Positions 27,187 to 34,995 of a stretch of 37,070 nt of DNA are shown piece by piece. The notes under the pieces are model-generated. The model had not been told where the DNA came from, did not search any database, and worked only from the letters and a program-made list of their open reading frames with translations. The position numbers were made by a program, and so were the translations under genes. The number at the start of each line of letters is the position of its first letter. The first letter of the stretch is position 1. This DNA is from an uncultured Bacilli bacterium (GTDB taxonomy: Bacteria > Bacillota_I > Bacilli_A > RF39 > UBA660), in NCBI GenBank assembly GCA_944329395.1, contig CALVIF010000003.1, positions 1 to 37,070 of the forward strand, written 5' to 3'.

Positions 27187-28479
27187 ATGCGAAAAAATAA
27201 TAAAGGTTTTACTTTAGTAGAACTATTAGCTGTTATTGTAATTATGGGAATTTTAATGATGGTTGCAATTCCTGCTGTTACAAGAACAATTGAAAATTCA
27301 AGAAAAGATACCTTTGTTGATATTGCCAAAGCTTATACTAATGCTGTTAGAACAAGCTGGACAACTGATGCGATGCAATGTGGTAGTAGTAATAGCTATG
27401 CATCAGCAATGGATGATGGAGATTATTATATTTTAATTGATACAGCTGATCCAAATAGATTAAGTGTACTAGATCAAGGAGGAAAATCTTCTTGGGGTAA
27501 TAGGGATGTTAAAGGGTATGTTAGAGTAAATGTATCGACTGTAAATGATAAGAAAATTACAAAGTTTTATATATCTTTAGCAGATGGTACGCACGGAGTA
27601 TATGATAATTTAGCAAGTAGCAAAGAAGCTGATAAATTAGTTAGAGGAGATATCTTAATGAATTTAAGTGAGGCTTCACAGGCTGAAATTTTAGCTAAAA
27701 TTCAAACAGAACCATTTGTAAATGGTAAATATACAACATGTAGTGAAGAAGGAGGGAACTGGACAGGAAGTGAGACTGGAGGAGGTTCAGTAACACCACC
27801 ATCATCGTTTGCGACAGACTCTTGGGAAACAATTATAAATGCCGTTAGAAATAATAATACAGATGCTTATAATGTTGGTGATGAGAAAGAAGTAACTTTA
27901 ACGGGAACTGGAGATTTAGGACAAACTTTAACAATAAGAATAGCCAATAAATCAACACCAGCAGAATGCAGTGATCCGAATTTTTCACAAACCGCTTGTG
28001 GTTTTGTTTTAGAATTTAAGAATGTTATAACAACTCATGTAATGAACTTTCCTGCTACTAATGTAGGAGGCTGGCCAGCAAGCGAGTTATATACATATGT
28101 TCAAAATGACATTTATAATGCCTTACCAACTGAATTGAAAAGTAGTATTATTAATACAACGGTAGTGTCAGGACATGGTTCAACCGAGTCAAGTAACTTT
28201 ACTTCAACAGATAAGTTGTATTTGTTGTCACCAATAGAAGTTAAATTATCAACATCATATGAAACGGCTCAAGCAAACACAAGAACATTAGATTTTTACC
28301 AAGGAAAAGGTAATAATGATAAAATAAAATATTATAATGGTGTAAAAAATTACTGGTGGTTGCGCGCGGTCGCTTTTAACGATAGTTACGATTTCTACAA
28401 TGTGAGTACTGATGGCGATTTGAATTACTATATTGCTACTTATTCTGGTGGGGTAGCGCCAGCTTTTCGGATAGGATAG
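27187..28479 (+). CDS. Type IV prepilin with a C-terminal DUF6273/C-type-lectin-like domain; candidate DGR target
   Basis: Class III signal MRKNNKG|FTLVELLAVIVIMGILMMVAIP, Gly/Pro linker, then SFATDSWETI...GGWPASEL...DKLYLLSPIEV...YWWLRA...GGVAPAFRIG. Confidence 0.85.
   Translation: MRKNNKGFTLVELLAVIVIMGILMMVAIPAVTRTIENSRKDTFVDIAKAYTNAVRTSWTTDAMQCGSSNSYASAMDDGDYYILIDTADPNRLSVLDQGGKSSWGNRDVKGYVRVNVSTVNDKKITKFYISLADGTHGVYDNLASSKEADKLVRGDILMNLSEASQAEILAKIQTEPFVNGKYTTCSEEGGNWTGSETGGGSVTPPSSFATDSWETIINAVRNNNTDAYNVGDEKEVTLTGTGDLGQTLTIRIANKSTPAECSDPNFSQTACGFVLEFKNVITTHVMNFPATNVGGWPASELYTYVQNDIYNALPTELKSSIINTTVVSGHGSTESSNFTSTDKLYLLSPIEVKLSTSYETAQANTRTLDFYQGKGNNDKIKYYNGVKNYWWLRAVAFNDSYDFYNVSTDGDLNYYIATYSGGVAPAFRIG
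28348..28479 (+). other. Putative DGR variable region (VR) with 3' IMH-like end
   Basis: Of 35 consecutive codons (28348-28452), 28 are NNY, 7 are NNG and none ends in A; GC-rich GGGGTAGCGCC near the 3' end. Confidence 0.65.
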
Positions 28480-28546
28480 AGGGCAATTTTCTTCGTAAAG
28501 ATTACTTCGAATGAAATTGAGGACAATCTAGAACGGAAGCGAAAAT

Positions 28547-28573
28547 CACCCGCCATTAATATGAAGGCGGGTG
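28547..28573. other. GC-rich hairpin downstream of the putative VR
   Basis: CACCCGCC-attaatatgaa-GGCGGGTG: perfect 8-bp stem with no T tract. Confidence 0.7.
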
Positions 28574-28599
28574 TAAATTAATTTAAGAAATGGAGAAAA

Positions 28600-28651
28600 A
28601 TGTCAGTACCTAAGTTTAAAAAAGCCTAGTGGCTTAGATTATGTGGATAAT
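28600..28651 (+). pseudogene. Frameshifted 5' fragment resembling a DGR accessory (Avd-like) gene
   Basis: RBS TGGAG and ATG give MSVPKFKKA*; a shift in the A run continues KPSGLDYVDN. Confidence 0.4.
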
Positions 28652-28674
28652 TTTTTATATTCTCTAATGCATGT

Positions 28675-28815
28675 AAAAAAGAAGACATCGGCAAATGTCT
28701 TCTTAATTTTTTTATTTAAGAGGTTGCACCCCCTGAGAGGCAACCTCCAAAAAGAATAAAAAGGGGTTGGCTAGTGTGATACTAGCGACCAATTCGCCTA
28801 ATTTCGAATTGGTGA
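28675..28815 (-). ncRNA. Putative structured small RNA (sRNA-1)
   Basis: Minus-strand TTGACA(28849-28844)-N17-TAGTAT. Stems at 28788-28813 (9 bp), 28770-28786 (6 bp) and 28720-28747 (8 bp), then the terminator; GC-rich against its flanks. Confidence 0.55.
28679..28704. terminator. Bidirectional terminator
   Basis: AAGAAGACAT-cggcaa-ATGTCTTCTT with an A run on the left and a T run on the right. Confidence 0.75.
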
Positions 28816-29031
28816 TTACTATACTAATCGAAGTTATTTATTTTGTCAATATAATATTAAAAAAAATTATAAATTTTTGTTGTAATGTTGAAATAATTGT
28901 AAGATTTTTTTTTATGATATATTGATACATATGGTATAGAGATAATCTAATTAGGTTATATGTAGTAGTTTAAAATTATTGGTAAATTTTATAGTTATTA
29001 ATTTAATTTATTTATGAAAGAGGTTTTTTAA

Positions 29032-31227
29032 GTGAATGATAATTTGGAAAAAGATAAAAAAAATAATTTAAGAGAAGAATTTTCTATAGTTAAATTTAAT
29101 TTAATTAAAAATGAATTACAGAGTAATGGTATAGAAATTTCTTTTAATATTAAAACTATCAGTGAATTAAAGGAGTTTGTAAAAAAAAATTATTCTGATA
29201 TTATTTATAAAAATGCATTAGATAAAATTGATAAAATAAGTTCTAACTTAGATAATTTAATTACTGGTTTAGGTGAAAAAGAGGGAAATAGTTTTATTAA
29301 TAAGTTAGAAAAAATAGTGGTACCACTTTCTAAAATAGCGGCTTTAGGTTTGGCAAGTAGAAGTGCAGTTATTTTAGCGCCAACAGTTGAATCAAAACTA
29401 GTTGTTACTGGTGCAATTATGGCTAATTCACTTTATAAACTTATAAAAAGTAAAAAAGCAGGTAGTATTGTTTCTCAAGAATCAGAATGTAATTTAATAT
29501 TGCAAGAGTTAGAAGTAACAAAAGATGCTAATGGTGTGGTTGTTGATACTAGATTTTCTAAGAATATGCAAGAAGATATAATTAGTTTTTTAGTTGCACA
29601 TAAAGTTAATTTTTTTAATACTGATTATTTAAGTTTAAGACAAGCAATTTATGATCTTGATTTTTCTAGTAAAAAAGAACTTTGTAATGTTATTAATAAT
29701 AGATTAGGACGAGGAATTAATGTTGAAGAAAGGATAAAAAGTAAAAAGGGTTCATTTTTTAAAACATTTGGTAAAAGTAGTGCAGCTATAGGTGGTGGTG
29801 CTGTTAGTGGGGTTGGAATTGCGACGGCTGTTAACTCTGTAGATCCAGCAATTATTGCAGCACCGTTAAATGCAACTGCTCTTGGTTTAGTTGTTCATGA
29901 GTTTACTCAAAATCCTACTTTGGCTGGTATTTTAGGTTTAACAGGTGGAACTGGTAGTGCATTTTTAGAATATGTTCCGATTGTTGGGGGAGCGATTGAA
30001 AATGCTTTTGCGGTTGAAAATATGCTTGCTTGTGGTGCAATTGGAGCAGGGTTAGGAATTTCAGGTGTTCTTATTAGTAATATAGTTAAAACTATAAAAA
30101 ATGCTGGTAATAAGTTTTCAAATATGCGCGATCAAAAAGAAATTTTAGCTTATGATGCTGAATTATATAAAAATGATAATGAGCGAGAAATTTTAGCTAT
30201 GCAAAAATTAGTTTTGAAAAACAATTCTGTAGAAGAACAAATTGTTTTTGATTTTCTATATCAGTATATGAGTGAAGAGTTAAATATTAAATTTGAACAA
30301 AATCCAACAACTTTAGCTGATTTAAAAAAATGTATTTCTAATTGTAGTAGACAAGATAAAAGAAAAATTTCGCATTTTTCAGAAAAATTAAAAGAAATTA
30401 ATAGTGAACATAGTGACTTTTTTAATGCATTAATTAATTTAAAGAGAAATGTGACAACTGTACTTACACTTGGTTTAGCTGGATTATCTATTTATGATAT
30501 TTTAAAAGATGGAACAGTTATACCAGAGATAAGTAGGAAACTTTTTAAAGATGTACCTGATAATATTTATTTGATGATTCCAGAAAAACCAATGATAGAT
30601 TCTATTGATTATAATGGGAATATTATTGACCGTAAACAAGGTCTTGAGATGATTGAGGATTTGGATAAGGCAAAAACAACTTATAATGAGCTTGAAGCTA
30701 TGCAAAAGGAAACTACATTTATAGGTGAAAAAGCAAGTGATATTCAACAAGCAATTATTTCTAGTGGGAATGATGTAGCTAATGGTAGTTTTTTAGATGG
30801 TGTAAAAGAATTCTTTGATGATCCAGTTGGTAAATTGCATGATGTTTTGGATTCAATAGTGGAGTTTACAAAAGATGTAGTTGAAGATATTACTAATCCC
30901 AAAGAGACTTTATCCGATGCTGTTGAGTATGTTACAGAGACAAAATATGTTCCTGATACAGAAAAGATTGCTGCTAAAATTAATTCGCTTTCTAATCACG
31001 AATTAGTTGATTTAGCATATTATTATAATTTATCGCCAGAGATTGATATGAATGTTGATGCTTATCAAGCAATTGGAAATGCTTTACAAAAAAAAATTGG
31101 TGTTATTCAAACTGGTATTGATGAATATAATAAGGCGATGGAGGCAATAAAAATTACTTCTAGTGCAGCAGAAGCTACAGCAGTTGGTAGTGAAGTTGTG
31201 GGAGATGTTAAAAAGTATATTCGATAA
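29032..31227 (+). CDS. Large hypothetical protein with Gly/Ala-rich hydrophobic segments
   Basis: 731 aa; GTG start after GAGGT; central SAAIGGGAVSGVGIATAV...GAIGAGLGISGVLI region. Confidence 0.8.
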   Translation: MNDNLEKDKKNNLREEFSIVKFNLIKNELQSNGIEISFNIKTISELKEFVKKNYSDIIYKNALDKIDKISSNLDNLITGLGEKEGNSFINKLEKIVVPLSKIAALGLASRSAVILAPTVESKLVVTGAIMANSLYKLIKSKKAGSIVSQESECNLILQELEVTKDANGVVVDTRFSKNMQEDIISFLVAHKVNFFNTDYLSLRQAIYDLDFSSKKELCNVINNRLGRGINVEERIKSKKGSFFKTFGKSSAAIGGGAVSGVGIATAVNSVDPAIIAAPLNATALGLVVHEFTQNPTLAGILGLTGGTGSAFLEYVPIVGGAIENAFAVENMLACGAIGAGLGISGVLISNIVKTIKNAGNKFSNMRDQKEILAYDAELYKNDNEREILAMQKLVLKNNSVEEQIVFDFLYQYMSEELNIKFEQNPTTLADLKKCISNCSRQDKRKISHFSEKLKEINSEHSDFFNALINLKRNVTTVLTLGLAGLSIYDILKDGTVIPEISRKLFKDVPDNIYLMIPEKPMIDSIDYNGNIIDRKQGLEMIEDLDKAKTTYNELEAMQKETTFIGEKASDIQQAIISSGNDVANGSFLDGVKEFFDDPVGKLHDVLDSIVEFTKDVVEDITNPKETLSDAVEYVTETKYVPDTEKIAAKINSLSNHELVDLAYYYNLSPEIDMNVDAYQAIGNALQKKIGVIQTGIDEYNKAMEAIKITSSAAEATAVGSEVVGDVKKYIR

Positions 31228-31367
31228 AAAACAATTTTGTTTTTAATTTATTTAATATATTTTTTGGCTATTATATTAAATTAAAAATTAAATTTTTATT
31301 TGAGTTATATTTTACTTTAAAAAAAATTTTATTTATGATATAATATGCCAAGAAGGAAGTGATATTA

Positions 31368-33362
31368 GTGACAGAACTAAAAGATGTTAAGGGAGTTGGG
31401 CCGAAATCTCTTTCTTTATTAAATAAAATTGGAATTTATACTTTGGAAGATTTAGTTACACATTATCCTTTCCGTTATGATGTATTAGAACGAAATAATT
31501 TGGCAGAGGTTGAAGATGGCGGAAAGATTATTATAGATGGTAAAGTTGAAAGTATGCCAATACTTATGCGTTTTAAAGCGGGTTTAAATAAAATGAATTT
31601 TAGACTTGTCACACAATCTGGAGTTGTTGGAGTTTCTATTTTTAATAGAGCTTTTTTGAAAACACAATTAGTAGTAGGAACGAGTGTTATTGTTATTGGT
31701 AAATTAGATAAAGCTAAAAATGTTATTACTGCTTCAGATATAAAAATGGGGTCATTAATGAGCAAGGCGAAGATTGAACCTGTTTATCATTGTACTAGTG
31801 GTTTAACTACTAAAAATTTATCAACTTATATTAATATGGCTTTATTAATGCATGGTAAGGAAATACTTGATTATATACCTAGTGTTTATTTAGAAAAATA
31901 TAATTTTGTTAATAAAAAGACAGCTTTAAATATTATTCATAATCCATCAACTGTAGAAAAGTTAAAAGAGGTTACTGTTAGACTTAAATATGAAGAGTTG
32001 TTTGCTTTTATGTTTAAAATAAATTATTTAAAATTGCAAAATAAAAAGAAAAATAATGGGTTGGTTAGGCAAATTGATAGAGAAAAATTAGATCATTTTA
32101 TTAATTCATTGCCTTATAAGTTAACAAATGATCAATTAACTGCTGTAAAGGAAATAATTGAAGATATGAGTTCTAATAATAGAATGAATAGGTTATTGCA
32201 GGGTGATGTTGGTAGTGGAAAAACGATTGTTTCTTTTATTGCAATGTTAGCTAATCATTTTAGTGGCTATCAAAGTGCTTTGATGGCTCCAACAGAAATT
32301 TTGGCTGTTCAGCATTATAATAATTTGAAGAAATTTTTAGCAAATATTGATATAAATGTGCAACTATTAACTGGTTCTACTACAAAAAAAGATAAGCAGC
32401 ATATATATAAAGGTTTAAAAGATGGTAGTATTTCAATGATAGTTGGAACACATGCTTTAATTCAAGAAGAAGTTGAATATTGTAATTTAGGTTTAGTAAT
32501 TACAGATGAACAACATCGTTTTGGGGTTCATCAAAGAGCTAATTTACAAAATAAAGGAGTTAGACCAGATGTATTATATATGAGTGCAACTCCTATACCT
32601 AGAACTTATGCACTTACTATTTTTGGTGATATGGATGTTTCTACAATTAAGGAAAGACCGGCTGGAAGACAGAAGATAGATACTTTTGTTAAAAAGAATA
32701 GTGAGATTAAAGATGTTTTGGAAATGATGTATGAAGAATTGAAAAAGAAACATCAAGTGTATGTAATTGCACCATTAATTGAAGATAGTGAACATAGTGA
32801 ACTTGCAACTGTTTGTAATTTAAAAGATCAAATGAAGTTGGCTTTTGGAGAATATTATAAGATTGATATTGTTCATGGAAAAATGGCAAGTGGTGCTAAA
32901 GATGTTATTATGGAACAATTTAAAAATAATGAGATTCAAATTCTTATTTCAACGACGGTTGTTGAAGTAGGTGTTGATGTTCCTAATGCAACAACGATAG
33001 TTATTTTTGATGCTGATAGATTTGGATTGTCTACTTTACATCAATTAAGAGGTAGAGTTGGACGAGGGGATTCTAAATCTATGTGTATATTAATTAGTGA
33101 TAGTGATGCTGAGAGATTAAAAATAATGGAAAAAGAAGATGACGGTTTTGTTATTAGTGAAGAAGATTTCAAATTACGTGGACATGGTGATTTATTTGGA
33201 ACAAAGCAAAGTGGGGATATGAGCTTTAAAATAGCAAATATTAGACAAGATTATAAAATTTTGTTGCAAGCAAAGAAAGATTCAAAAGAATATTTACTTG
33301 ATAAGGAATCTGATAATGATGAGTTGAAAAAAATATTAATAAGTACTATAGAAGAAGGATAA
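31368..33362 (+). CDS. recG: ATP-dependent DNA helicase RecG
   Basis: MNRLLQGDVGSGKT, MAPTEILA, TDEQHRFGV, MSATPIPRT, LHQLRGRVGRG, DFKLRGHGDLFGTKQSG. Confidence 0.97.
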   Translation: MTELKDVKGVGPKSLSLLNKIGIYTLEDLVTHYPFRYDVLERNNLAEVEDGGKIIIDGKVESMPILMRFKAGLNKMNFRLVTQSGVVGVSIFNRAFLKTQLVVGTSVIVIGKLDKAKNVITASDIKMGSLMSKAKIEPVYHCTSGLTTKNLSTYINMALLMHGKEILDYIPSVYLEKYNFVNKKTALNIIHNPSTVEKLKEVTVRLKYEELFAFMFKINYLKLQNKKKNNGLVRQIDREKLDHFINSLPYKLTNDQLTAVKEIIEDMSSNNRMNRLLQGDVGSGKTIVSFIAMLANHFSGYQSALMAPTEILAVQHYNNLKKFLANIDINVQLLTGSTTKKDKQHIYKGLKDGSISMIVGTHALIQEEVEYCNLGLVITDEQHRFGVHQRANLQNKGVRPDVLYMSATPIPRTYALTIFGDMDVSTIKERPAGRQKIDTFVKKNSEIKDVLEMMYEELKKKHQVYVIAPLIEDSEHSELATVCNLKDQMKLAFGEYYKIDIVHGKMASGAKDVIMEQFKNNEIQILISTTVVEVGVDVPNATTIVIFDADRFGLSTLHQLRGRVGRGDSKSMCILISDSDAERLKIMEKEDDGFVISEEDFKLRGHGDLFGTKQSGDMSFKIANIRQDYKILLQAKKDSKEYLLDKESDNDELKKILISTIEEG

Positions 33363-33390
33363 AATAGAATTTAATATAATTCTATTTTTT
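33361..33390 (+). terminator. Terminator after recG
   Basis: AAAATAGAATT...AATTCTATTTT. Confidence 0.6.
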
Positions 33391-33420
33391 TATGATATAA
33401 TTTAGTTAGTGGTGATTTTT

Positions 33421-34485
33421 ATGGGAGAAGTACATAATCATAAAAAGAATATGGATAATCTTCTTGTATCGGTTGAAAAGTTTTTTGGTCTTAATTATAA
33501 CTTGGTGTCTCTTAGTAAATTAGATAGATATTTTAATAATGATAATTATAAAAATTTAATTATTTTATCATATGATTGTTTAGATGTAAAAGTATTTTCT
33601 AAATATGTTTTAAGTGATAGTTTTTTAGGAAAACATATTTTTTTTAATATTACAGTACCTAAAGTAGATGAAGATAAATTAATGCATTTGGATTTAATTA
33701 AGAAAATTAATGATGTGGAAAATTGTTATGCTTATGGTGTTTTTCCTTTTGGCGTTGGTGCTTATACTACCATAGAAGAAGCTAATAAGAGAGTTATTAA
33801 TCTTAGTTTAGGAAAAGAAAAAAAACTTATTTATGTTTCTTATAAAGGTTTTTATAAAAATAATTGTGATGGTATAGAAAAAATTAATCAAGATTGTATG
33901 GAACTATGTAATAAATTAGATAATAGTGTGATTTTAATTTTAGGAGAGAGTATAAATTATGATTTAAAAGTTCCATTATGTGTTGTAAAGAGAATATCAA
34001 ATAGTGAAAATATTAGATTGGCAACTATAAAAGATATTAATGTTGTTAATGAATTGGTTCAAAGTTCATGGAATAATAGAATTAATTGTAGAAGGGATTT
34101 ATTTAAACAAAGAAGGAAATTTACAGAATTTGAATTTTATAATTTTTGTAGTAGAGCAAGAGGAGATGTTTGTTTTGTTTGTGAGATATCTGAAGAGGTT
34201 GTTGGAATTCTTTTAGCTAAAATTAATATTATAAAGGATGAAGAATGTTTTGCGGATAGGAGTTATATTATTATAGAAAATATTTATGTAAAAGAAGATT
34301 TTAGACGAAGAAAAATTGGGACTAAGTTATATAATAGTATATGTGAGTATGCAAAGAAGAATAAAATTATGAAGATTCAATTTAATGTTTATAAGTTTGA
34401 GGAAGATTTAATTTGTTTTATACAAAGTTTAAATGGTAGGGAACAAAATACGGTATATGAATTAGATATATTTGATGTAAAATAA
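33421..34485 (+). CDS. GNAT acetyltransferase with a degenerate alkaline-phosphatase-like N-terminal region
   Basis: C-terminal IRLATIKDI...VVGIL...IENIYVKEDFRRRKIGTKL (GNAT motif A). N-terminal NLLVSVEKFFG...YKNLIILSYD...DSFLGKH resembles AlkP/nucleotide pyrophosphatase starts. Confidence 0.75.
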   Translation: MGEVHNHKKNMDNLLVSVEKFFGLNYNLVSLSKLDRYFNNDNYKNLIILSYDCLDVKVFSKYVLSDSFLGKHIFFNITVPKVDEDKLMHLDLIKKINDVENCYAYGVFPFGVGAYTTIEEANKRVINLSLGKEKKLIYVSYKGFYKNNCDGIEKINQDCMELCNKLDNSVILILGESINYDLKVPLCVVKRISNSENIRLATIKDINVVNELVQSSWNNRINCRRDLFKQRRKFTEFEFYNFCSRARGDVCFVCEISEEVVGILLAKINIIKDEECFADRSYIIIENIYVKEDFRRRKIGTKLYNSICEYAKKNKIMKIQFNVYKFEEDLICFIQSLNGREQNTVYELDIFDVK

Positions 34486-34504
34486 AAAAAAATTACGTTA
34501 TTAA

Positions 34505-34533
34505 TTGACAATTTAGAAAATATTTTATATGAT
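34505..34533 (+). promoter_or_regulatory. Near-consensus sigma-A promoter
   Basis: TTGACA-N17-TATGAT. Confidence 0.75.
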
Positions 34534-34539
34534 TAAGAT

Positions 34540-34630
34540 GCGTGATGTATATCACGCCGATATCTCTCACTTTTTTGTGAGAGTATATTCAACCGAACCC
34601 CCTGAAGAGACGCTACGGCGTCTCATTTTG
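34540..34630 (+). ncRNA. Putative structured small RNA (sRNA-2)
   Basis: Starts 7 nt after the -10 box. Stems GCGTGAT/ATCACGC and CTCTCAC/GTGAGAG, a C-rich linker CAACCGAACCCCC, then GAGACGC-TACG-GCGTCTC (c-UNCG-g tetraloop) and a T-rich tail. Confidence 0.6.
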
Positions 34631-34666
34631 TTTGTTTATAAGGCTTTGCAGCCTTTTTATTTTGCT

Positions 34667-34687
34667 TTATGTGGCAATTATGTGGCA
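34667..34687 (+). repeat. Tandem direct repeat TTATGTGGCA x2 (11-bp period)
   Basis: TTATGTGGCA-A-TTATGTGGCA. Confidence 0.7.
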
Positions 34688-34778
34688 TTTTCTTTTTTTG
34701 TTAAGTGTAGAAGTAATAAAAATATTAAAAAATATGCTATAATAATTTATATGAGATAACTTATTTGGAGGTGTAAAA

Positions 34779-34979
34779 ATGAGTTTAATATCATTGTCTT
34801 TCTTTAAAAGAAAATCTATAATAAATAAATTAAAAGAAAAAGGTGCAATATCTGAAGATACAGCAGTATCAATAAATGAAATTGGCATATTAAAAGATTC
34901 GTTAGATTTATTTCAAAAACTAATTAATGATAAAGTTTTGGTAAAAACAAAAGATGATAAATATTATGTAAATAAATAA
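34779..34979 (+). CDS. Small hypothetical protein (possible winged-helix-like)
   Basis: RBS GGAGGTG; extended -10 TGCTATAAT upstream; 66 aa. Confidence 0.7.
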   Translation: MSLISLSFFKRKSIINKLKEKGAISEDTAVSINEIGILKDSLDLFQKLINDKVLVKTKDDKYYVNK

Positions 34980-34995
34980 TTAGGTGGTGTTGTTT

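Noticed and set aside
34529-34888. ORFs 34529-34759 (+) and 34667-34888 (-)
   Set aside because: The plus ORF starts inside the -10 box with no RBS and spans the hairpins; the minus ORF is antisense to the 66-aa gene.
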